Origin: the human T2T-CHM13v2.0 reference genome, Homo sapiens
Length of the DNA: 64,000 nucleotides
Assembly: GCA_009914755.4 (NCBI GenBank)
Contig: CP068257.2
Span: 9,504,001 to 9,568,000 of the forward strand
Direction: 5' to 3'
Position 1 is the first letter of the stretch, and each line of letters opens with the position of its first letter. The notes under the pieces were generated by a model. The model was not told the origin of the DNA. It did no database searches and saw only the letters and a list, made by a program, of their open reading frames with translations. Both the position numbers and the translations under genes were made by a program. Below, in pieces: positions 14,246 to 26,989 of this stretch.

Positions 14246-14665
14246 TATATTAGTCCTTTCTTACATTGCTCTAAAGAAATACCTGAGACTGGGTAATTTA
14301 TAAAGAAAAGCAGTTTAATTGGCTCATGGTTCTGCACGTTATACAGAAAGCATGATGCATCTGCTGGGCTTCTGCAGGGGCCTCAGTAAGCTAACAATCA
14401 TGGCAGAAGGTGAAGGGGGAGCCAGCACTTCACATGGCTGGAAGCAGGAAGAAGAGTGAGAGGTGGGGAGGTGCTATACACTTTTAACAACCAGACTCAC
14501 AATAACTCACTCACTGTCACAAGAACAGCACCAAGGAGATGGTGCTAAACCATTTAAGAGAAACTGCCCGATGATCCAATTGCCTCCCAACAGGCCCCAC
14601 CTCCAACAGTGGGACTTACAGTTTGACATGAGATTTGGGTGGGGACACAGATCCAAATGATATCA
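14246..14665 (-). mobile_element. 5' LTR (element orientation) of the MST-type MaLR element
   Basis: 'tatattagtcctttcttacattgctctaaagaaatacctgagactgggtaatttataaagaaaagcag...gacatgagatttgggtggggacacagatccaaatgatatca'. Confidence 0.85.
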
Positions 14666-16762
14666 ATGTGTTAAAAGGAAAAGGAGATAGCAGTGGGAAA
14701 TGGATATTTAACTTCAGTTTATGAGTTTTTATTTTAGAGTTCTAAAATTATGTCTTATACTGCCTATACAAGTGCTAGAATAGTTTCTGTATTAAGTGGT
14801 AGATATTAATATCCAAATATCATACTTACCTTCTTTGACCTTGCAGTTTAGAGGGCATTTTAATAAAGTAAACAAACACATTGATTTTTTTTAAAGGAGA
14901 CATTTTTCAGTAAAGGATGTAACTATGTTAACATGAGAGATATAGAAAAATTACAGATGGACAGACAATCCTACATAGAAACCTAAGGAAGCATTTAACT
15001 CAGACACAGAGATTGAGAAGAGTAAAGTGGGTGAAATCTGGGAAAGAGTGCTTCCAGTAGAAGAAACAGAATATTGAAGGAACAGAGATTGATGTCAAGA
15101 GTTCAGGGAAACAAACCAGAATAAGAATGTTTAGACAAAAGGCTGATGGTAGAAGGATATTGAGACTGAAAGTTATAGAGAGCACAGGCTTACTCGAAAA
15201 TTAGCAGACAAAAGAACATCTGTAAGTTCAATCATGAAGGAGTGCCAGAATTAAAGAGAAAATAAGGAAATAATAAAGGGAATCTTTTGATGTGAGCAAC
15301 CAATTGGGCTACCAACTCAGCCTGCCAGCCTGCCATTCCAGTGACAGTAGGAAATAAATGTTCTGTAAGTTATTTGGAAATTAGAGGACAAAGTAATTGT
15401 TTGTTCTATAGGTAGAGAAACATTTTTGTAAATGATAATACAGCTGTTCTACCGATTTCTCTTAATTTTCAAAATTTTTGAAGGGGTACACTATATTTTC
15501 ATGATTTCTTCATTCTGATTTCCAACTCATATTTGTTCATCATTTTCTCTTTACTTTTTAAAAAGTTGAAAGACATTCATATCACAAAATTTTCACAGGA
15601 TAATTTTTCTAGTTGCAACTGTAGATTTATGTGGATATATACAAATCTCTCTAGTGACACATCTAAAGATTAATGTTATGTTCTATTCCATAGGGAGCAA
15701 ATATACCACATGAAACATTGCAACTATGAATCTAACTAGACTGTATGGGAAACATATATTGAAAAATAAATTAAAATTATAAGTTCTATGAGAAAACACA
15801 AACATTTGAGTAAAAAAATGAGAAAGGTTTAGTGGTGCCTTCTTCCCATGTTAGAAAAAAGGATTCATAATGAACAACTTTTTTTTCATGTATTTCCTAC
15901 AATTGAGTAAAATAATAGGACTAGGTAAGTTTACTGGTTTGCATTTTTTCATCTGGGTCTGGTTTTTCATTTCAATTGTTAGCCATTGTATTAACTACTT
16001 TCACCATTCAAAGGAATGAATGATCTGCCATAGTATTTTCTGCAGTTCCATCTCTTGTTTTCAGTATCATTCCAATTCTGCATCTATCTAATTTTGATCT
16101 CTGTTCTATTTATTTTCCTGATTCATAACATTTTGCTTTGTGCTGAGCTCCTAATTGTCTCTCTGTCATTCTCAAAATTTTAGCCCTATGGTCTAAAAGA
16201 TGCCCAAAAGAATGTAGCATATTCTAGTATATCAGTGGGACAACATAAACAACTTGCTTAATTGTTAATCTATTTAAAAATGAAACAGTGTTTTTCATTT
16301 TTTCAATCAATTTAACGCTGACTAGATCCTATAACTACATTCTACTTTTTATAACTAAAGAACTCCAGAAAAATAAATGTAATAGCTTTGCTGGAAAAGA
16401 TTAACTTTACAATGCCTTCCTAATGACCTTACTTTTTTTTTTTTTTGAAAAGTGTTTTCTGGTATACAAAAATAATATTCTGAAATATCTCTCTGATATT
16501 TGATTGCCAGATTTAACCTACATACCTCTGAACCTTGGTTTTTCAGACATGCAAACTGCTTAACAAGTTCCAGTGCATTAATCAATGCACCATTCCATAA
16601 CTTAGAGTAAGAAAAGTTGGTAGATATTTCAACAATGCCATAAAATATGCTTCCATTTAACACTTTGAGACAACCAATACACTATTTATATTATTGAGAC
16701 AAAACAAACCTAAGATCACAGAAAAATATTTATTTTACTAGAATGGTATTTAAGTAGATAGT

Positions 16763-17046
16763 TTTTTTGTTGTGTTTTTGTTTGTTTGTTTGTTTTTGAG
16801 ATGGAGTCTCCCTCTGTCGCCCAGGTTGGAGTTCAGTGGCCCAGTCTTGGCTCACTGTAACCTCCCCTTCCCAAGTTCAGGCAGTTCTCCCTGCCTCAGC
16901 CTCCTGAGTAGCTGAAATTACAGGCATGCACCACCATGCCTGTTTAATTTTTGTGTTTTTAGTAAAGATGGGATGTCATTATGTTGGCCAGGCTCGTCTT
17001 GAACTCCTGACCTCAGGTGATCTGCCCACCTTGGCCTCCCAAAGTG
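16763..17046 (-). mobile_element. Alu SINE, antisense, slightly 5'-truncated, flanked by a perfect 12-bp TSD 'taagtagatagt'
   Basis: Antisense Alu body 'gagatggagtctccctctgtcgcccaggttggagttcagtggcc...gatctgcccaccttggcctcccaaagtg'. TSD at 16751-16762 and 17047-17058. Confidence 0.93.
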
Positions 17047-17834
17047 TAAGTAGATAGTCTAAATGATTATGGGTTTCAATAGGTTTTATTAATTTGTTTT
17101 AGTTAACATACAAGAGCACTACAAAACCACATTATTTTATTTTAATTTTTATCAATAAACTTCATTATATTAAAGGCCATATTGCCCACTGAATATGATT
17201 TTGATAAGCACAACTTCTATAATTTACAACTTACTGTATATGGTCTAATATAAATTGCATTTAGCTATCCTGAATAAAAGATACGAATCCCCAAAAACTT
17301 AATATATAAAATAATTTCTACAATCAATTAAGCCACATGGGACCTGGTGTGCAAGGGCTGCAAACAGCAGCATCCTAGGTAGTGTACAGCAGCCTGTTCC
17401 TTGTGTACAACAGCCTTTGCCATTGGACATTTATGTCTTGGATCTAGTGCTTTCCCTAGTCTAGGTTTAAGACTGGATGTAGTATGCCTTTGGAAAGCCT
17501 CAGGACCCAGAGGTCAGAGTTCACGTTGGCCATGTTCATCCATACCAAGCTGCAAACCCTGGAGCATGTGATTGAGGCCTTATTTAGGGCCAAATTCAAG
17601 TTCAGTGAATGCCCAAAAAGCCACATCTCAAAGAAGTGCGATTTTACTAAGTTTAATGCATATACATTTTAAGACTTGGTGGCTGAGAAACAACTCATCC
17701 TGGATGGCTGTGGGGCCAAATATAGCCCTGGAATCATGGGCCCCTGAACAAGCAGCTAGCCCTGCATTAGAAAAGAGCTGCCCCCTCTTTACACATGCCC
17801 ACCAGTGAATTTTATTTCCTGTACATCTAATAAA

Positions 17835-17869
17835 TCTATCTATCTATCTATCTATCTATCATCTATCTA
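17835..17869. repeat. (TATC)n / (TCTA)n tetranucleotide STR, about 7 to 8 units with one imperfection
   Basis: 'ctatctatctatctatctatctatcatctatcta'. Confidence 0.9.
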
Positions 17870-20227
17870 AATAATTCAATAATATGAAGTAGATTAAAAA
17901 AACAAACACAACTTGTCTAACTACTGTGGATATATTTTGTCAGTTATTAACATTCCCCTTTCAGGTTAATATCAAGTCAACAAAAATTTGGAGTTCTCTT
18001 GACCCTTTCCCCAATGTGTAAATTAGTAATATAATGTCAATATTCAGACAGGCAAATAAACTAAGCTCCCTTTGATGAAAACGACATGCAGTAACGATTC
18101 CCTGCTGAGAGTCATCTTAGTTTGTGAAATCATAATCTGGAATGGCTATATCTGCAAAATACATTAAAAGAAAGAAAATATGAAAAACATAATCTACAAT
18201 ACTTTTATGTATATCTAATCATTTTATATTTCTTTTTTATTATACTACTTGAAATACATACATAAAGGATAAAGAGTTTCAACAAATCTCAAAAAGGAAA
18301 CCTAATTATGTATAATAATCTGACTGATTTTGTTTGCTCACCAAATTGAAATTGAAAAGAAAAAATACAGCACTCTATAAAAAAACAAAATGATTTCAAA
18401 ATATAATTATTGTCTCCCTTTGAAAATATAAATGTTTAAATAATGGTGAAATAGAGAACATAAACATTCACAAATATTACATATCCATTCAACATTTTCA
18501 GGTATTATTTTGTTTTGTTCAAACCTCCCCTTCTGTCATTTTTCTCTCCTTTCTCTATCTTTAGCATAACTGAGCTGCTTTCCAAACATCTATAGTTATA
18601 CTGGACATAGCATTTTCCAACTTCAAACATGGTTTTTCTTAAACACCAGCTCCAAATATTAATTCCCAGGGAAAATGACATTTTCCATATATGAGAAATA
18701 TTGGAACCAATATAACAAAACTCATTAACATTTATAACATTTGAAAATAATTTCACAAAAGTTTTATTTAAAAAAATTATATTGTAAATTTATGTAAGAA
18801 ATTCTCTATCCATTATATGACTTGTATAACATCCACAGTATACTAAGAAAATATTTTTAAAATATAGGATAATGTGTCTAAATAATAAATTTTTAAGACT
18901 GTTTAGAGCCACTATTAAAAATCTGAGAATAAGGCATGAATATTTTTTGATCTATAGAGATTATATATCAGCATGCCGGCATTGGCTTTTATTATAGAAT
19001 AAGCATTTTAATCTTCATTAACTTTCATCAATTCACTATAGAAAGCAGCTTAAAAAAAAAAGACCATCACTTTTAGAAAACAGTTAATATTTCGATGGTT
19101 TACCTGGAAGTTTACTGGGCATAAATTTATAAAATACATTTATGGATGGAAATAAACTGTTTTACTAAACAATATTACAGAATTCTGAATGGATGCTGAT
19201 TAAGCAGCAAATAAACAAAACTGTTTATTTACCAGTTTGGTGGCTGTTATGCTAATTAGATCATCTGTTTAAAATGTGTCCATATGGACAATTTTTCTGT
19301 AAATGTTTTCTTTATCTCCACATTGTGTGGTAGTATTTTCATAGAACCAACTAGAAATTAACTTAAAAATTAGTTATTTAAAGATGACAATAGAAGGTTT
19401 TGAACTTTGAGTTCCAAAAGGCAAGCAAATATTTCTGAAATAAAATATATTATATATATTTAATTTCTAATTTAATTTACATATAAAATATTTTTAAAAT
19501 TCATATGAATTTGAGATATTTTCACATTGATTGGACTGTTTTTGTACCTCATTTTGCTTGGTCACACTAAAGTGAGATTCATCATCTTGTGGCACCAAAG
19601 GAAAACTAGTGTGATTATAAGGAAATTATTATAGTTAGACAACTGTGCATTAATTTCATCATTAAGGACCAAACATGTATACAGATATAAATACTTTTCT
19701 TAATACATTACTTGCAACATATGCACAATTATGTAACAATGATGGTGAACTAAGTCTCCTAGAAATTTCCAAAATAATTTTTTTGCCTTTTTTTAACCTC
19801 TAAATCCATATAAATCAAGGGAAAATATTCTTGCACATATGTATATTTAAACATGAACCTAGCCAAAAGTAAGAGAAATTTAAAAAAGTATAACATATCA
19901 AAATGTGGAAATTTCTGTGTTTAGGGAAAAATCTATCCCATTAAGAGCTTGCATTAGAAAAGAAAAATTACCTTGAAATTATGATGAAAGCTTCCCACTT
20001 GTTATTATAAAAATGAGAACAAATTAATTCTGAAGCAATCAGAAAGAAGAAAATAATAAAGGTTAATGAAGAAATAAACAACATTAAACAGAGAAAAATT
20101 ATATAGCTAAGTAAATTAAACTAAATTTAGATCTTTGAAGGATCAATAAAATTGTTAAATCTCTGGCCAGACTAAGGAGAAAATAATAGGAAATAAATAA
20201 TTGACAAATTTTAAGAATGATAGAAGT

Positions 20228-20530
20228 GGCTGGGGGTGGTGGCTCATGCCTGTAATGCCAGCACTTTGGGAGGCCGAGGCAGGTGGATCGTTTGAGGTCA
20301 GGAGTTCCAGACCAGCCTGGCCAACATAGTGAAACCCTGTCTCTACTAAAAATACAAAAATTAGCAGAGCGTGATGGCGCATGCTTGTATTCCCAGCTAC
20401 TCGGGAGGCTGAGGCACAAGAATTGCTTGAAGCTGAGAGGTGGAATTTGCAGTGAGTAGAGATCAGGCCACTGCACTCAAGCCCGAGCGACAGAACGGGA
20501 CTCTGTCTCAAAACAAATAAACAAAAAAAA
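20228..20530 (+). mobile_element. Alu SINE, sense, with perfect 15-bp TSD 'aagaatgatagaagt'
   Basis: 'ggctgggggtggtggctcatgcctgtaatgccagcactttgggaggccgaggcagg...ctctgtctcaaaacaaataaacaaaaaaaaaa'. TSD at 20213-20227 and 20531-20545. Confidence 0.96.
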
Positions 20531-23500
20531 AAGAATGATAGAAGTAACATTTCCATTGTCCTACAACAGTTTAAGGATAACTAAATGAATACCATGATGA
20601 AATTTATAAATGTAAATTAGTTAATTTAGATTAAGTGTATAAATCCCTCAAAAGATACAAACGACTAAGGCAAGCTCAAAAAGAAAGCAATAACATGAAC
20701 ATCCCTATATATATGTTTTAAATTTATTAATAACCACCTAGATAAATGAACTGACAAATTTTACTAATATTTAAGGAGATATAATTTATACTTTACACAA
20801 AAGTTTAAGAAATAAAAAAGAGGAAACACTTTTCAACATGTTTTATGAGTCTACCATTATCCCCATACCAAAACCATAAAAAAGACATTACAAGAAAATG
20901 TCCTGTAGACAAATATGTATTTAGATGATGAATTTAAATTTCAAAAACTTCAGCAAAATATTATCCAATTAAATCCTCTCATGTCTGTGTGTGTATGTGT
21001 GTGCATGCACGTGTGTTTGTAAAATATATCATTACTAATTGGCGTTTATCTTGGGAGTTCAAGATGGTTTCCATATTCAATCTACCCATCAATGTGGACT
21101 ATGGTCACTTGAAAAGACCAGCAAATCCTCTACACAAAAGGCCACTAGAAATTCATTAAAACAGCCTTCCATCACTCTTGAAATTGACCAAAGCATTCAA
21201 CTACCTGAGAAATATTTATGTTTGGAAAGCTATTGAAATGCAATTAAAAATATCAGGAAACCTGTTTTTACCTTTTGTCCTAATCTTGCTAAATCCTTCT
21301 TAATTTTATGAGACACTGCTTCTCCTTCCACTGTTCTTTTACTTTCTCCTTCCCCTTTGTTTTTGCCTCCCCATTCCTCTCCCTTTTCTACATTCCTTCT
21401 CTCTCCTAAATGCTGTATAAATTTCTACATATATAATCATATTATTTACAAATAGGAACAGTTTTACTTATTTCTTTCCAGTCTGCATTTATTTTATTCT
21501 TCCTTTTTTTCCTTACGCACTGGATAGAACTCTAAGTATTATGTTGAAAAAGAGTGATAAAAGCAAACATCTTTGCTTTATTCCTGAGCATACATGTGGA
21601 AAACATTCAGTGTTTCACAGCTAAATATGATGGATTTTTTGTATGCTCTTTATCAAGATGAAGGAATTTTCTGCTATTTCTGGTTTGCTGAATTTTTATC
21701 ACAAGTAACTGTTGAATAGTGTCTTTTTCCCCTGCATTTATTGAAATGATCATGCATTTTCCTATTTTAGAATATTAATATGATGAATTATATTATTAGA
21801 TTTTTTAAAATATTGCAACTGTCTTGCATTTCTGGAATAAACATGGCTTGGTCATGTGTCACTTTTTTACATAGTGTCATATTCAAGTTGTTGAGGATTT
21901 TGCATCTAGGGTATATTTGTAGATCTGCATCTAGGTTATGTTGGTCTAAAGCTTTGTTTGTTTGTTTGTTTTCCTTTTCTTTTTTTTATCATCTTTGTCT
22001 TCTGTTTAAGTGTCATGCTTGCTTCATAAAATGAATTGAGAAGCATTTCTTCCTCTTCTGTTTCTCGAAAATTGTAGAGAACTCTTGTTTTTTGTTGTTG
22101 TTTGTTTGTTGTTTTGTTTTTTCTTATTTTTATCCTCATACTGAGAACCAAACAGTCTGGAGTGTAAAACATGGTTCCTCATTCCAGTTAAATCTAGTAC
22201 ACAATGACAACAACCATCTTGGGTTAAGCATTGGCCTACAAACAGAAAAAAACCTTCAGGGAGATAGATGCTGATCTAGGCATTGTGAGAAAAGCTGAAT
22301 TCATTTTTAATCATGAATGGCTTTTACGGAAAGAAGATTTATTAACTAAAATAAATAGATTAGAGGGAATTCTCATCTATGAGAGAGGAAGGGATGGGAT
22401 TCAACCTGGAAAAAATGATGAAGTTTTAGTGAACTTGGTAAGGTAGACTCAACAATTAATGATGGATAATGCTAGGACCCAACACTGGTAATGAGCTTGT
22501 ATTATGACTGAATAGCATCACTTTATCACTTTAACGCAGATGGAGGCCTAAATAACCATAGGGCAATGGTTCTTCTTAGATGCAGAAGGACACATTTATA
22601 TAATCTTAGGGACCCCATCCCTGAGGTCACTCATAATTTATATTAATTCATTGTTATTGCCATTGCCCCAAGAATAGATAAGGCTAAGACATCCCGTAGT
22701 ACAGGTAGCAGAGATATAAACTATTCTTATTCTTGTGTCTTGTCTATAGGAAGGGAGTGTATCCTGGTGTATGACAGCATATAGTAGAGACCACTGTCAA
22801 TTAGGGCCTGTGAACTGAGACAGGGTGACTGGCTAAGTCCACAACCCATTAGAAACCCAGAAATAATCAAATCATGGTGAGTAGTAATAACACTTATTTA
22901 TAATACTATACGGTATAAAGACAAGAACCAATTATGTTGAGTAGCTGTAACAAATAGCTCTATCATTCATAATAACTTTTTCTGTAATAAAACTGAATTG
23001 TAACATGATCATACTGCAATATGACATTACACTAGCATTGTTGGTAAGATTCAACTATCTTATGTAGAGAAGTTATATAATGCTTATATTGATAATCAAA
23101 TGTATTAGATATTGAGTTAAAGCCTCTTCAGAATGTAATCTGGGTGAATAATAAATGGCCTGAGAAAACAGAATTTAGCTAACCATTATCTAATTTCAAT
23201 GCTAAATAGTTCTGCACAGATTTATCAAAAAGTAAAAATAAAAGCAGATTGAGAGGAAGAATGAGTAATTTCATTTGTACAAAATATTAAAGTGTATGTA
23301 ATGGCCTTGTAGGATGCATTAGTAATTTTTAAAAATCAATCTTTACCCTACACTGTGTCCATAAAATGCTAGGCATATTCATGTTAATATTACTGTTGTT
23401 ACTGTCATATAAATGCCATATTCAATGTAGATGCTCAGAAAAATATGATTGTTTTGCTACAGGAGAGATTAGACCAGGGACAATAAATATGGATTAGGCA

Positions 23501-25517
23501 AGAATGTGTTAACTCAGCAGGCCAGGGTTTCTTCAACCCTGCACATTCAAAGGTAAGGTTTGTTTTTAGGACTAGCTAGCCTCTGAGTTCTGGAAATAGT
23601 CTTACCGTGAAGAGTGTTTTTGTATATCTGAGGCCTTGGGTTTATGGTGAACGACTGACTTTATATGCCTGAGGCCCTGAGCCATGCTGTATTTATTTGA
23701 ACCATGTGGTATCAATTTAACCAGATAACGTTTATTCTAAGATATGATTTATGCTGAATGCCTGGTTTTGTTCTAGAGGGATCATGGAAAGGAAGCTGAA
23801 TTTGCCGAGTTTTGCCACGTGGGCATTGCATGCCTATGTGATTAACCACCAATAAAAACCTGGGACATCAAATAATAAATAAGCTGCTCTAATTGCCAAG
23901 AATTCACATGTGGTTGTATGCAGCATTACTGGGAGATTGAAGTGTATCTGCATGTGATTCTACTGTGATGGACACTTGTAAGTTTGTGCCTGGAGTCTCC
24001 TGGACTTTGCCCTGAGAATCTTTTTCCTTTGTTGATATGACTCTGCATCCTTTTGTTTTAATAAACTGTAAACATGAGTATAATTGCTTCTCTGAGTTCT
24101 GAGAGTTTTTTAAATAAATAATCAAAGCTGAAGAGCAATGGAAACCCCCACCAAAACATCTTTAAACATTTCAATTTTGTATTGAAGTAAATTTTATTTT
24201 CTTTTTTATACCTCCCATATATATTCTATTTTTCCATTATTTATTTTATCCAAAATCTTTTATCTGTGATCATTTTCCTTTGAAATTTGTCTTTTGAGAT
24301 TTCTTTAGAAGGTGCTTTTGGATGATAAATTTTCTGTTATTCTTTGTCTAAAATGTCATTATTTTGACTCATTTATAAAAGGAGTTTTTGTGTTTCATAA
24401 ACCTCTAATGTATAGAAGTGTGTCTAAACTCATTGAGGATATTTTCCAAATTTTTTCCTACTTTTTATTGCTGTTGATAAGAAGTCAGTGTTGGTATTTT
24501 GACATTTAAGTTATGTGTCATTTTGTTGTGGTAGTTCTGAAGATCTTCCCTCTGTTTTATATTCTCCTTCACCTTTCATAAATGTACTTTATATTTATTT
24601 GGTAATAAATTTTGAACATATACTATGCTATAAAGATAATCTAGGCCCTTTGGTTACGTCTTGTAAATAAAATCAACAAAATCTGTTTTGAGATTATATT
24701 GTAATATAAGATACCCAAAGTAAATAGGATGTGTACCATATGTTTGAAGGTGGTAAATACGATGAGAAAAATAGATCAGGTCAGGAAGAATGAAGATGAT
24801 TGAAGGTACGGTTATGATAAAAACTTAGGTGTGCCGAGGAATGAATTCATCTTATGTATCTTGAGTGTAATGTCTTATTTCTCCTGAATCTGAGAATTTG
24901 ATGTCTTTCATTAGGGATGTCAGTAAATCTCACTAATGAATATATTAGACTCCAGTTTAATATATGATAGTCATTTTCATTCTGTCTTTCATATCACTGA
25001 ATCCTTTCTCTTTATTGTTCATTTTTATACATCTCTTAATAGTCACAGTGAATTTAACTATGTTTTACGTTATGTGGTTATTCTCACTTTAGCTATCTCT
25101 AATATATCATGAATGTGTCAGTTGTGTGTTTACTATTGTTTGAATTAAACTTTTAAATCATTTGTTTTAATTCTTACTTAATTCAAACTTGTTTGTTATA
25201 CATTCTTATAATTCCAGTATCTGGAGTTTTTCTTCATGTGATTCTTTTATCTCCCTGTTTTCCTCCTATATTCTTTTCATGCACCATCTTTCTCTGTGTG
25301 TTTTGTTTTGTTTTACTGTCAATTCCTAACTAATGGAAGTATATTTATGCAAATAATTTTAGGATAGAATTTAAATAGGGTTCCCAAAAGGATTATATAA
25401 ATTTTTTTGTACCAAGGGCCCAGGGTTATAAACAGAATGAGATCACTTTAAATTTCTGTCTTGAGGATTTTCAAGTTACACAGGTCATATTAGTGAGAAC
25501 CCCAGAAAAGGGCATTC

Positions 25518-26350
25518 TTTTTTTTTTTATATTTCACTTTACGTCCTGGAATACACGTGCAGAACGTACAGGTTTGTTAAATAGGTATACATGTGCCGTG
25601 GTTGTTTGCTGCACCTATCAACCCGTCATCTAGGTTTTAAGCCCCACTTGCAGGTATTTGTCTTAATGCTCTCCCTCCCCTTGCCCTCCACCCCCAACAG
25701 TTCCCGGTGTGTAATGTTCCTCTCCCCGTGTCCATGTGCAGAACCTGCAGTTTTGTTACATAGGTATACATGTGCCATGGTGGTTTGCTTCACCCTTCAA
25801 CTCGTCACCTACATTAGGTATTTCTCCTAATGTTATCCTTCCCCTAGGCCCCCACCCCCTACAGCCCCTCCCTGATGATCCCCTCCCTGTGACCATGTGT
25901 TCTCATTGTTCAACTCCCACTTATGAAAACATGTGGTGTTTGGTTTTCTGTTCCTGTGTTAGTCTGCTGAGAGTGATGGCTTCCAGCTTCATCCATGTCC
26001 CTGCAAAGGACACAGACTCGTCCTTTTTTATGGCTGCATAGTATTCCATGGTGTATATGTGCCACATTTTCCTTATCCAGTCTATCATTGATGGACATTT
26101 GGGTTGGTTCCAAGTCTTTGCTATTGTAAATAGTGCTGCAATAAACATACGTGTGCCTGTGTCTTTAGAGTAGAATAATTTATAATCCTTTGAGTATATA
26201 CCCAGTAATAAGATTGCTGGCTCAAATGGTATTTCTAGTTCTAGATCCTTGAGGAATCACCATACTGTCTTCCACAATGGTTGAACTAATTTACACTCCC
26301 ACCAATAGTGTAAGAGTGTTCTCTTACTACACTTCCAATTTGGCTGGACT
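25518..26350 (-). mobile_element. L1 (L1PA-like) 3'-terminal fragment: poly-T, 3'UTR, ORF2 C-terminus, 5'-truncated
   Basis: Poly-T at 25518-25529. 'ggtatacatgtgccatggtggtttgct...cattaggtatttctcctaatg' and downstream '...ttcaactcccacttatgaaaacatgtggtgtttggttttctgttcctgtgttagtctgctgag...' are the reverse complement of the L1 3' end. The minus-strand ORF 25921-26148 translates to 'MFIAALFTIAKTWNQPKCPSMIDWIRKMWHIYTMEYYAAIKKDE', the L1 ORF2 C-terminal motif. Confidence 0.9.
25921..26148 (-). pseudogene. L1 ORF2 C-terminal remnant (75 aa), not an intact gene
   Basis: Translation 'MFIAALFTIAKTWNQPKCPSMIDWIRKMWHIYTMEYYAAIKKDESVSFAGTWMKLEAITLSRLTQEQKTKHHMFS' matches the end of L1 ORF2p. The upstream portion is absent (element truncated). 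Confidence 0.9.
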
Positions 26351-26614
26351 TTGAGCTTTGTCTCTGGTCCCCTGCTTTTTACAGTCCCAAGAAACATGGC
26401 CTCATCCTTATCAGGACCAGAGAATGCTCTCAAGGTAAAACCTTAATTTTCATAAAATTGTTGTCTTCTTGCCTGATCATTGTGACACTAAAGCAAGATT
26501 TTTTTAATGTTTCATCCAACTTTTAAGAATTATTTTAGTGGTAGGACTGAGCCAGGTTTCTAATCCACACTACTGCAGATAAAAAAATGACAAAAGGTAA
26601 CTTTCAAAAATAGA

Positions 26615-26989
<375 letters not shown>

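Larger units (their letters stand above)
12258..14665 (-). mobile_element. Apparently full-length MaLR (ERVL-MaLR) element, MSTA/THE1-like, LTR-internal-LTR, about 2.4 kb
   Basis: Two ~420-bp LTRs in the same orientation. Both read as the reverse complement of the THE1/MST consensus (5'...tgtattagtcc...tacctgagactgggtaatttataaagaaaag...aactcactcact...ccccacctccaacactggg...gacatgagatttgggtggggacacagatccaaatgatatca). They flank ~1.56 kb, the expected MaLR internal length. The two LTRs are roughly 85% identical by eye. Confidence 0.8.

Noticed and set aside
17300-17810. Possible shared ancient repeat between 17300-17810 and 47600-47940 (both contain 'ctggaatcatggg(c/a)ccc(t/a)gaa')
   Set aside because: Similarity is limited to a ~25-bp motif plus vague flanking resemblance. 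I cannot establish homology by eye. It is probably chance or a very old MER-type fragment.
20099-20556. Overlapping 125-aa and 133-aa minus-strand ORFs
   Set aside because: They lie entirely within the Alu at 20228-20530 (antisense translation '...[29 protein letters not shown]...'), a classic Alu-derived spurious ORF. The same applies to the ORFs at 26675-26951 and 58148-58440, which sit in Alus.
22231-22446. 71-aa ORF (…DLGIVRKAEFIFNHEWLLRKEDLL…) that superficially recalls retroviral Env transmembrane text
   Set aside because: I could not match it to the actual Env immunosuppressive/CX6CC motifs. It is too short and not flanked by LTRs that I can recognise.
23490-24130. LTR-like region with 'ccaccaataaaaacctggg' and 'ttttaataaactgtaaac' (AATAAA-type signals)
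   Set aside because: I could not define TG...CA termini, a TSD or a partner. The evidence is insufficient to call it a feature.
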